From Bryobacterales bacterium (GTDB lineage Bacteria; Acidobacteriota; Terriglobia; Bryobacterales; UBA6623), in assembly GCA_963422375.2 (NCBI GenBank), contig OY729428.2, forward strand, positions 3,040,001 through 3,104,000: a stretch of DNA of 64,000 nt, read 5' to 3'. The notes under the pieces were generated by a model that made no database searches, had not been told where the DNA came from, and saw only the letters and a program-made list of their open reading frames with translations. The first letter of the stretch is position 1. Each line of letters opens with the position of its first letter. The position numbers and the translations under genes were made by a program. Shown one piece after another: positions 54,797 to 64,000 of the stretch.

Positions 54797-56255
54797 GGGA
54801 ATTATAAATCTGAGTGCCGACAACGCCATGTCCGACTAGAACTGCTCTGAGCAGGGAGGTCGGCGTCTAGCTCGGGTCATTCGGGTGCGGCCGCGGTGGG
54901 CACGGAAGGGTGGGATCGTATCTGAAGCGAACCTGCCAGCGGATTTGACGAGGCACGGATTGGCAAGCCGATTGCGTGCCCTCCGAGAGCCGAAGACAGC
55001 GGTTCCCCGGCGCTCGACGGCCTGCGTGGATGGTCCGGGCCGGACTGGGGTCGCACCGGGGCATTCCGGATCCGGTGCGACCCTCGCACCGAGCGTGAAG
55101 CGCATCGAGCGTGCAGAGTGCGCCCGCAGCGGGCCGCTGCGCGCAGCTCGGCGGGCGCCGCTCAGGCCGCGACCGCGGCCTGGCCGGTCAGCTGCCGGTA
55201 GGTCAGCGTCCGGCCGACCAGGCCCCGCGCCATGCGCCGCATCTGTTCCGCCGTGTCGCAGTTGCGGGCGTTGCGCCGTCCCGCGAACTCCGTGAGGTAG
55301 CGGCCCGAATGTTGGACGCTCATCCGGTGACAGGTTCCGTAGAGGCCGCGCTTGCACAGGGACCAAAACGACTCGCTGCCGTTCGTATGCGCCGCCCCGC
55401 GCACGTACTCGCCGCCGGAGTGCTTGACGCCCTCGTGCGCGAACTCCGCCATGCCGGCGTAGGCCGCCGCCTCGTCGGAGCGGACCTGCGCGCCCGGCGC
55501 GACGCGGCCGCGCACGAAGCCCTGCAGGTCGCCCTCGGTCGTGCCTGGCAGCGGGCGGGCGGCCACTTCGTTCGTGGCGCGGTCCCGCGCGCCCGCCACG
55601 GGGTCTTGCCGACCGGCCCGCGCCCGGCACGGGCCTTCTTGCTCTCGTGCTTGTTGCGCTCCTTGCCTCCGACGTAGGTCTCGTCCACTTCCACCGGGCC
55701 GCCGAACAGGTCCCGGTCCCGCTCCCGGCACGCGCGGATGCGGTGCGCCAGGTGCCAGGCCGACTTCCGGCTGATGCCCGGGTCGCGGTGCAGCTTCATG
55801 CTCGAGACGCCCTTGATGCCGGTGGTCAGCAGGAACAGGGCGACGGCCCGGGTGCGGTAGCCGAGCTTGGTGTCGGCCATCACGCTGCCGGCGCGCACGG
55901 AAAAGCGCTTGCCGCAGCCGCGGCAACGGTACGGCATCGAAGGGTGGGCCGCGCCGGACTGCACGCTGGAGCCGCGGCAGCGGGGGCACGCGGGACCGTC
56001 CGGCCAGCGCATGGAGGCGAACCACTTTTCTGCGGATTCGTCATCGCGGAACATGGCGATCACTTCAATCAATGTGATGCCGTTACGGAACCACTTTCCG
56101 GGACCTTGTTTCTTCATTTATGGTATCCCCTGCTGGAACTATTTTACCAAAAAATACCACAAAATGTCAACGTAAATTCCGAATAAATATGAAATCTTAT
56201 TATGACTTGATAATTTGCCGACTTGATTCCCTCAGCACTCAGATATATAATTCCC
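54797..56255 (-). mobile_element. IS1595-family copy B2; transposase 55162-56117 frameshifted near 55600
   Basis: B-type TIRs; near-perfect TSD attgaaaa (54789-54796) / attgaaat (56256-56263). Confidence 0.93.
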
Positions 56256-56909
56256 ATTGAAATTGTCTGGCATCCCATAGAGTCTCGCTCATATTGCCCG
56301 GCCGCCGAAGGTTTCGACGGCCGCGCGGGGGGATCTGGGTCCGGAGGCGCCCTTCAAGGGTGCATACTACGTTAGGGCCATAGCGTGTACGGTCAAGAAG
56401 CACAGTCGCGCCCAGCAGCCGAAGGAAGAGACTCAGCAAGCCCGAGCCGGCGTCCGAGCTGCGAAGACGTCCGAAGCCGGCGCGGATACAGGCCTCCGGA
56501 GTGACGGTCTCGACGGGGAACGACTCAAGGTGCTCCGAGCCTTGTGGCGGATGGAGCGGATCGCGGGCGAGCCCGCGGAGGATGTCACAGGTGCCGCGCT
56601 AACGCTTAGCGGGAGCTCGCAGGCCGGGAGCCGGCTCCGCGCACGGACGCCCCGTTCCACGTGCGAGGGTGGGAAACTACTCAGTTGATCGGGCTGGTCG
56701 GGCGCGCTGGCGGAGTGCGGCATGTCGCAGGGAGTGCATGAGCTTGCGACACGTGGGGCAGAACAGCGGGACAGGGCCGCGGCAGCACGGGGACGGACGC
56801 TCGGCAGTGCTGGCGGGCGATTCGCTGGGGCCGCTGGCCGGCGGGGAGGCTGCGAGTGTCGCGAGCTGGAGGCCGCGTGGTGGACGATCGGGCCTGCGTG
56901 GTCGCCAAG

Positions 56910-57218
56910 GCCCGGACGAGCTGGCTGCCGTGCTGGGCGGCCAGCGGCCTCGGCTCTCGGAGGGCATGAAATCGTCTTGGAAGGCGTGCCCCTCCACGGC
57001 AAGCCAGGTTCCACCGGGGCGTGCGAGGCGGCCTCTCTAGTCCCGTGCGCCGTGCAATCCGCTTGCAGGTGCGATTCAGATGCGAATCCACCTTTCGGTG
57101 CCTACCACGGCCGCACACGAGTAACCCGAGCTGGGCGCCGACCTCCCCGAGCCGACCTCCCCGATCAGAGCACTTCCAACCGGATATGGCGTCGTCGGCA
57201 CTCAGATAAATAATTCCC
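56910..57218 (+). mobile_element. Diverged right-end remnant of a B-type IS
   Basis: Aligns with the B3 tail (ttccaccggggc.tgcgaggcggcctctctagtcc ... gtcggcactcagata.ataattccc); left limit approximate. Confidence 0.85.
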
Positions 57219-57577
57219 TTTCGATGGCTTGACTGAACTCAGGAGTAGCGACATCAAGGCTAGAATTGCATATCTCCTTCGAATTCGAAGCACTGCTTTC
57301 GGATTATTCCGAAGTCTTGAGGTTGAAAACTAGTGGCTGCGTGAGCCAAACTCTATATTGGACGGAAGCTCTCCTATGGATCTCCTGCTTGAAGACTCGC
57401 TCGATAACTTGCACATTGTATCCGGATTTTCCGAAATAATTGCGGTCCATTGAACGTGACTTACGCCTTATTACACAAGCGATTGACACTGTCTTTCAGC
57501 CTAAGAAACGGCAGAATACGATCCATTTTCTTGGTTGAACGATCAAAGAGAGAACTGTAGGATTTCCTGAATTCTGT

Positions 57578-60500
57578 CTATGCCGTGGCAAGAATGATCG
57601 CTGCAATTCTCCTCGCTGTCTCGGCGAAGAATTGGACCTCGTTCACCTGCAGGGGACGCCCTAAGACCTCCCGATCGCGGTACGAGAGCCATTTCTTGAG
57701 CACTTGGTAGCCGCCCAGCTTGTAACGCCACACAGCCGCCGGGACGTTGCGCCAATAGGCACGAGAATTCAAATACACATCAAACGTGGACTGTCCTATT
57801 GCGGGCAGTGCATCGCCGAGGGCCAACCGCTCGTCCGGGAACCAACTGCGTTCAACGGCTCGGCCCCGGCCAGGCATGACGGCCTCGCCCGATCCGTAGT
57901 GGCCCCAACCGACGGTGATGACAAAGTCGCTTCCGGTCATGTTGCGGTCATTCACAGTCGCAGGAACGGCGATTCCGGCGAGTTCGCTACGCAAGCTGCC
58001 GTGCGTAACCCCGGGCACGGGCACTTCGGGATCAAGCAAGCCGACCAACTTCCGGCCACGCGCAGCCGATTCCGCGAGAGTCTCGGCCGATCCTGCATCC
58101 CGGCCGTCGGGCCAGCCGGGGACCGGAATGCGGGGCCATCCCATGCGGAGGCCTCCGGCATTGGCCGCGCGGTAGCCGGGGTCGTGCAGAACAGAGAGGG
58201 AATGGTGAATCAGGTCCGCCACGTCCGCATCCACTCGGTCGAGATACTGGCGCGCCGCTACCGAAAGATTCGGACGTCCTAGACTGCCAGCTTCAAGGCC
58301 ACCGCCGCTGGCACTCAACCGAGCCGGAAAGAAGCTCGACAGCCCGCTGCCGAAATTGTCGGCGAGGCGGCGGACCAAGGTTCCGCGCGAGAATCCCTCC
58401 TTGGCTTCCCTCTCACGGGCTTCTATCCAAGTGTTCGCCTCGAACACCTGCTTTCGATAGTCAGCCCGTTTCTCGTCAAGCAGCTTTGTGTCCCCCTCCC
58501 AGTACAGCCAGCGGATGTCGAATGGCCGGTAGGCGTAGCGGACGAATCCGCACTCAATCGGGCCCCCGCGCGCGACCAGCGCATTCCGCACTGCTCGTGG
58601 ATCGAAACGGGCTGTCTTCTTCATCGCGGAAGGGTAGCGCCGCCCGATCTCCTCGTGACTCAGAGCCGGGTCGAAATAGTCGCCGATCCGCGCTCTCAGC
58701 CGGTCCAAATCGATGTCCACGAGAAACCGGTCCCGGCTCGTCTTGACTCCTGGGAACGACACCGGAAACAGGTCCGGCAGCGCCGGCCAGTCGAACCAAC
58801 CCTTACTGACAGCCGCGGGAACGTACGGCAGGCCCAGCGCCAGCACGGGATCGACGCGGTCGTACAGCGAGGCGGGACTCTCCTCTGCCGTCCTGGTCAA
58901 CAGCGCGCGCTTATCCGAACCCCACAGGTTCCGGAATCCGATCCAGTCAGCCGGCGCATGGTCTCTCTTGCGCACCAGCGTCGCGATGGCGGTGCCGACC
59001 TGTATGCCCACGGGATCGTCCTCCGTCGAGAAGACGCTCGGGTCCGGCGTGCCGTCCGGCGCGAGCTTTCCGGTCTTGTACTTGTCGCCGTTCAGGCAGT
59101 CGATGCGGACTTCGTCGTACGCCTCCAGATAGCGCTCCCGCATCCCCGTGAACGACAGTCCGTCGAGCCAGGAGTAATTCGAAACGAAGCACACGACGCC
59201 GCTGCCCGTATTCTCGGCGATGCGACGCTCCGCCATCCGGAAGAAGCGGATGTAGAGATCGTTGAGACCCTGGCCCTCGGGCCGCCGCACGCGCTGGGTC
59301 ACGCGATACGCCTCCGTCAACTCCCGTTCCTCTTCTACCGCCATGCCGGCGAAGCCGTTGTACGGCGGGTTCCCGAGGATCACGAGGACCGGTGTTTCCT
59401 GCTTGACCCGCTCGGCGCGATCACGTTCCTGCTCCAGCTCCGGAAACGGCAGCGGCTTGCTCGACCGCGGCTCCCAACCGGTTAGCGCGTTCGTTAGGAA
59501 CACCCCCGCTCGGTCGGTTCCGTCGGCAGCGAACGGCGCTCCGAGATCCAGCATGGTGAGCCCGACTTGCAGCTGCGCCACCACGAACGGCGCGGGCATG
59601 ATCTCGAATCCGAATATCCGCTCGGTCGCCGCCCGCCGCAACTGCGCGCCCGCGAGCGCACCCAGGCCTTGCCCTTCGAGATTCGCTGCGATGCGACGCA
59701 GTACCTCGGCCAGATAGGCCCCGGTCCCGCAGCAGGGATCCAGCACGTAGACCCTGCCGTCGGCGAGCCCGTCCGCGATCCCCAAGTCGTCCCGCAGCGC
59801 CCTGTCCACGCGGGCGACCATGTAGCGGACCACCTCGGCAGGCGTGTACCAGACGCCCAGGTGCTTGCGCAGGCGGGGATCGAACGCCTCGAGGAACGGC
59901 TCGTAGAAATAGGGCACGGCTTCCCGCTCGTCGAAGCGCCCGAAGAATGCGGGCCGATTCACCCGGTCAAGCGCAGCCGCCGTCCAGTCCAGCACCTCCA
60001 CGAGGCCCAGCTGCTGCAGTCGGCCGGGATCGGACAGCTGCTGGAATAGCGCCCGCAACACCGGCGCGCGCAAGTGCCAGCCCGACTCGCGCCAGCTGAA
60101 GCGAGCGGGGTCGTAACCGTCTCCGAACAGCGGTCCGTGGTCGATCCGCAGGCGTCGCGACCAAAGCACCCATGCCGAGAACACGCCGTAGAACAGAGTC
60201 TGCACGAGGGTCGAACGGAAGAACTGCGCTCCCCGCGACCCCTCGAAACGCACGCCGAGAGCTTCTTCGAGGGCCGTCCTCACGGCCCGGAGGGATTCAG
60301 CGTCGCCGGCCGCCTCGACTCGGGCGAGCCCGTCGCGGGCGTACGACGCTAGCAGCCACGCTAGGTCCCTCGGCTCGACGAGAGCCGCGCGATGGGCCAG
60401 CGCGCGGCAGAGATATTCGGCGAGACTCGCGCCGACCTTCCGGGCGAATGCCCGCGGCCGAAGCAGCTGGCGCTCGAATGCCGCCGTGCTGTCTGCCAGA

Positions 60501-60940
60501 CGGAAAGATTCCAGCTTCGCCGGCCGCCCGGACGAATCTTCGCCCACCAGCACGAAATCGCACGTGTTGGTCACCAGCACCAGTCGGTACCGCTGCCAGT
60601 AGCGGCCGGCCTGGTCGCCAGCCGCCGTCAGCCAAGCGTCATCTCCGACGGACTTGACCTCGACGACCCCGCGCTCCGGCACCTGCCCCCCGCGGGGCCG
60701 GCCCCTCTGCACCTGCCCCACCGTATAGAGACCGAAGTCCGGATGACCCGCGCCTTGGTCGGCGATCTCGCCGACGCAGAAAACCCTTGGCTTGAGCGTC
60801 GCTCCCACGTGGTTCAGCAGGGTCGAGAGCGGGCCGTATCTCGAGCGCTCCTGGGTCGCGCCGCCCGTCCCGCGCACCGACCGGAGATCGGAAAAGTAGG
60901 TCTCGACAGCCGCTACGAGTCTGTTACCGGTGCCGGTCAT
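57578..60940 (-). CDS. Single-polypeptide RM enzyme: PD-(D/E)xK nuclease + N6-adenine MTase + Type ISP (LlaBIII-like) C-terminal specificity domain
   Basis: GHPDFG..VEVK; YFYEPFLEAFDP..GVWYTP; LDPCCGTG; GNPPY; YAYRPFD.RW; W.YKLGGYQVLKKWLSYR. Confidence 0.9.
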   Translation of the reverse strand: MTGTGNRLVAAVETYFSDLRSVRGTGGATQERSRYGPLSTLLNHVGATLKPRVFCVGEIADQGAGHPDFGLYTVGQVQRGRPRGGQVPERGVVEVKSVGDDAWLTAAGDQAGRYWQRYRLVLVTNTCDFVLVGEDSSGRPAKLESFRLADSTAAFERQLLRPRAFARKVGASLAEYLCRALAHRAALVEPRDLAWLLASYARDGLARVEAAGDAESLRAVRTALEEALGVRFEGSRGAQFFRSTLVQTLFYGVFSAWVLWSRRLRIDHGPLFGDGYDPARFSWRESGWHLRAPVLRALFQQLSDPGRLQQLGLVEVLDWTAAALDRVNRPAFFGRFDEREAVPYFYEPFLEAFDPRLRKHLGVWYTPAEVVRYMVARVDRALRDDLGIADGLADGRVYVLDPCCGTGAYLAEVLRRIAANLEGQGLGALAGAQLRRAATERIFGFEIMPAPFVVAQLQVGLTMLDLGAPFAADGTDRAGVFLTNALTGWEPRSSKPLPFPELEQERDRAERVKQETPVLVILGNPPYNGFAGMAVEEERELTEAYRVTQRVRRPEGQGLNDLYIRFFRMAERRIAENTGSGVVCFVSNYSWLDGLSFTGMRERYLEAYDEVRIDCLNGDKYKTGKLAPDGTPDPSVFSTEDDPVGIQVGTAIATLVRKRDHAPADWIGFRNLWGSDKRALLTRTAEESPASLYDRVDPVLALGLPYVPAAVSKGWFDWPALPDLFPVSFPGVKTSRDRFLVDIDLDRLRARIGDYFDPALSHEEIGRRYPSAMKKTARFDPRAVRNALVARGGPIECGFVRYAYRPFDIRWLYWEGDTKLLDEKRADYRKQVFEANTWIEAREREAKEGFSRGTLVRRLADNFGSGLSSFFPARLSASGGGLEAGSLGRPNLSVAARQYLDRVDADVADLIHHSLSVLHDPGYRAANAGGLRMGWPRIPVPGWPDGRDAGSAETLAESAARGRKLVGLLDPEVPVPGVTHGSLRSELAGIAVPATVNDRNMTGSDFVITVGWGHYGSGEAVMPGRGRAVERSWFPDERLALGDALPAIGQSTFDVYLNSRAYWRNVPAAVWRYKLGGYQVLKKWLSYRDREVLGRPLQVNEVQFFAETARRIAAIILATA

Positions 60941-61271
60941 TGATCACGCTGCTGCGGGAGGTGGACCCGTCGCAGGCGCGACGGAAGCCCCTCGGGCACG
61001 TGCGACAATCTCGATGTTGCCAACGGCGCCCCCCGGGACGCTCCCGACAGACCATCGCTCCTCCTGATCATCGCGCCGGGAAGACTTGAATCGGATCGGG
61101 GACTGCGGCGCGGAGATCTCGGCAGATCCCGCGCTGTCGCCAACACGAGCCGCGGAACCTCCACCAGATTGCGACAACCGATCCTCGGGCCCAGCCTTGA
61201 CGTTCCAGGGAGCGGCGGGCGTCGGTCGGCCGCCCGCTTCCTCGAGCGCATGCGCAAACACCACCCGCCCC

Positions 61272-61994
61272 ATGAGCACCCTCGTACTCGTCCGTCACGG
61301 CCAAGCCAGCGCCTTCACAGAGTCCCCGGACCGGCTGACGCCCATTGGATGGGAGCAGGCACGCCTCCTGGGTCGGTACTGGGCCGAGCTTGACGAGCGG
61401 TTCGACGCCGCCTACCACGGAACGCTGCGACGGCAGCGCGAATCGTACCAAGCGACAGCCTCCGCGCTCCGCGAGGAGGGCAAGGAATTCCCCGAAGCCA
61501 TCGTCCTGCCCGGCCTGAACGAGTACGATGCCCAGGATCTGATTGCGGAGATCGCCCCTCGCCTAGCGGGCCGGGATTCGGAGTTCGCGCCCCGGTGGGA
61601 CAGCTGGATTGCCAACTCGCAGTCTTCGGACCGCAACCGGCGGTTCCAGCGGATGTTCGAAGCATTGGTTGCGAGATGGGTGGACGGGACGCTTGAAGAG
61701 CCTGGCTTGGAGCCTTGGGAGAGCTTCAGGTCGAGGGTGGCGACGGCCCTCCGGCAAATCCGCGAAAGCCAGACCGGAGGCAGGCGCGTGGTCGCCTTCA
61801 CGTCGGGAGGTCCGATCGGCGTCGCAGTGCAATCCACCCTGGGAGCTTCGCCCAATGCGGCGGTGGAGGTCAACTGGCGCGTGCGCAACACGTCGCTGAC
61901 CCGATTCTTGTACAGCGGCTCTCGAGTCTCGCTGGACGGCTTCAACGAATTGCCGCATCTGGCTCGGTCGCCAAGGTTGGTTACGTTCAGGTGA
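61272..61994 (+). CDS. Histidine phosphatase (phosphoglycerate mutase family)
   Basis: LVLVRHGQA, G.L.RQ, LNEYD, FTSGGPI, FNELPHL. Confidence 0.92.
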   Translation: MSTLVLVRHGQASAFTESPDRLTPIGWEQARLLGRYWAELDERFDAAYHGTLRRQRESYQATASALREEGKEFPEAIVLPGLNEYDAQDLIAEIAPRLAGRDSEFAPRWDSWIANSQSSDRNRRFQRMFEALVARWVDGTLEEPGLEPWESFRSRVATALRQIRESQTGGRRVVAFTSGGPIGVAVQSTLGASPNAAVEVNWRVRNTSLTRFLYSGSRVSLDGFNELPHLARSPRLVTFR

Positions 61995-62469
61995 CGCGAC
62001 TGGCCGCTCTATCTCAGGCTCGAGACGCAGTTCCCGACGCTTGCCCAGGACAGTTCAAGGTATTCCGCGACACGCAACGTTGGCGCGTGCCGGGGGACCG
62101 TAGAAGACATCGGCTCGTTCCGAGTCCGGCGGCCCGGTCGCGGCGGAGGCGCTGCTGCTGCGAGTCGCAAGCCTCCTGCGGGCGCACCTAGGACGCGGCT
62201 GTCGACACCAGCCCCCACCTCCGAGCGCACGGCTAGTACCGACAAACGGGGCGGCGCACTTCGATCATCTCACGGGAGCCCCCGCGCTCCACGGCGAGGC
62301 GCTTGGCCGCGAGGGCTCGGTCCGCCTCGAGCCGCGAAGCACCGCGCCCGGATGCCGGAGCCACGCTCGACAGATCTGAACTCAGAGCGTTCAAGGGCCG
62401 CTCCCGGGGCGAGATGCGGCCGGACGTTGCGCAGGCAGTCCTAGCGACTTGACCAAGCAGTGTCGCGAT

Positions 62470-63995
62470 GGGAATTATATATCTGAGTGCTGAGGGAACC
62501 AAGCCGACAAATTATCATGCCACTAGATATTTTCTTTTTTCTTCCGTAGTTCCGTTGAAATCCGGTAGTGTTTCTTGGTAGAATAGTTCCAATATAGGAG
62601 GTCTTCGTTGAAGAAGTCGAAGCAGAAAGGTCCCGGGAAGTGGTTTCGTAAAGGCATCACTCTGATTGAAGTGATCGCCATGTTCCGCGATGACGAATCC
62701 GCGGGAAAGTGGTTCGCCTCCATGCGCTGGCCCGACGGTCCGGCATGCCTCCGCTGCCGCGGCTCCAGCGTGCAGTCCGGCACGGCCCACCCTTCGATGC
62801 CGTACCGTTGCCGCGGCTGCGGCAAGCGCTTTTCCGTGCGTACCGGCAGCGTGACGGCCGACACCAAGCTCGGCTACCGCACCCGGGCCGTCGCCCGGTT
62901 CCTGCTGACCACCGGCATCAAGGGCGTCTCGAGCATGAAGCTGCACCGCGATCCGGGCGTCAGCCGGAAGTCGGCCTGGCACCTCGCGCACCGCATCCGC
63001 GCCTGCTGGGAGCGGGATCGGGGCCTGTTCGCCGGCCCGGCGGAGGTGGACGAGACCTACGTCGGCGGCAAGGAGCGCAACAAGCACGAGAGGAAGAAGG
63101 CCCGCGCCGGGCGCGGGCCCGTCGGCAAGACCCCGGTGGCGGGGGCGCGGGACCGCGCCACGAACGCAGTGGCCGCGCGGCCGCTGCCGGGCACCGCCAA
63201 GGGCGACCTGCAGGGCTTCGTGCGCGCCCGCGTCGCGCCGGGGGCGCAGGTCCGCTCCGACGAGGCGGCGGCCTGCGCCGGCATGGCGGAGTTCGCGCAC
63301 GAAGCCGTCAGGCACTCCGGCGGCGAGTACGTGCGCGGGGCGGCGCATACGAACGGCATCGAATCGTTTTGGTCCCTGTTCAAGCGCGGCCTGTACGGAA
63401 CCTATCACCGGATGAGCGTCCGTCATCTCGGCCGCTACCTCACGGAGTTCGCGGGACGTTACAACGACCGCGACTGCGACACGGCGGAACGGATGCGGCG
63501 CATGGCGCGGGGCTTGGTCGGCCGGACGCTGACCTACCGGCAGCTGACCGGCAAGGCCGCGGTCGCGGCCCGAGCGGCGCCCGCCGCGCCGAGCGCGGCA
63601 GCCCGCTGCGGGCGCGCTCTTCACGCTCGGTGCGCTGCACGCTCGGTACGAGGGGCGCACCGGATCCGGAATGCCCCGGCGCGACCCCGGTCCGGTCCGG
63701 CCCGTCCATGCAGGCCGTCGAGCGCCGGGGATCCGCTGTCTTCGGCCCTCGCAGGGCTTGCAAGCGGCTTGCAAGGGGTGCCCTGCCACCGCCAACCGGG
63801 TTCCACCGGGGCATGCGAGGCGGCCTCTCTAGTCCGTTCCTCGTCCAATCCGCTGGCAGGCTCGATTCAGATACGATCCCACCCCTCTGTGCCCGTCCCG
63901 ACCGCACTCGAATGACCCGAGCTCGACACCGACCTCCCTGCTCACAGCAGTTCTAGTCGGACATGGCGTTGTCGGCACTCAGATATATAATTCCC
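62470..63995 (+). mobile_element. IS1595-family copy B3; transposase from 62608, stop TGA->CGA at 63571
   Basis: B-type TIRs at both ends; continuous ORF with DETY/SDE/HTNGIESF; B2 has TGA at the equivalent codon. Confidence 0.93.
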
Positions 63996-64000
63996 TATGC

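Noticed and set aside
57219..57577. AT-rich short ORFs after the RM gene (also 9150-9440 and 45700-46030)
   Set aside because: Probably gene remnants, but no recognisable motif or consistent frame
63574..63915. Extended C-terminal domain on the B3 transposase
   Set aside because: Results from TGA->CGA; B2 keeps the stop and the frame is not conserved among copies

Overview
GC-rich bacterial chromosomal window. The gene content (fused LptF-LptG, carboxypeptidase-like N-domain TonB receptor, PQQ dehydrogenase, PSD1/cytochrome c + DUF1501 pair) suggests Acidobacteriota, possibly a host-associated lineage (inference only). Core blocks: sucA-sucB-lpdA; lhr helicase; tRNA-Phe; TBDR; DASS transporter; tRNA-Glu; lptFG; lactonase/PQQ dehydrogenase; dtd; sulfatase/PhyH; a LeuB-like dehydrogenase; PSD1/DUF1501. 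These are interleaved with decaying accessory DNA: a dead C5-methyltransferase + DUF4928 module, IS110 and IS1634 remnants, and an amber-interrupted PL8 lyase. From 46 to 64 kb there is a dense cluster of IS1595-family elements with ISNwi1-type ends. It includes a passenger-carrying element (NotI-like nuclease fragment plus a small ORF) and a transposase-less cassette carrying a homologue of that same small ORF. A modular cadherin/FN3/Ig/CARDB surface protein and a Type ISP/IIG-like RM enzyme sit among these elements. The most novel-looking signals are the IS-borne small-protein family, the conserved ~420-bp tail of one IS family, and a window-wide mutational signature (CTAG gain, AT->GC decay, short tandem duplications). 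No CRISPR array or rRNA was seen. All calls are by-eye motif recognition; no searches were run.
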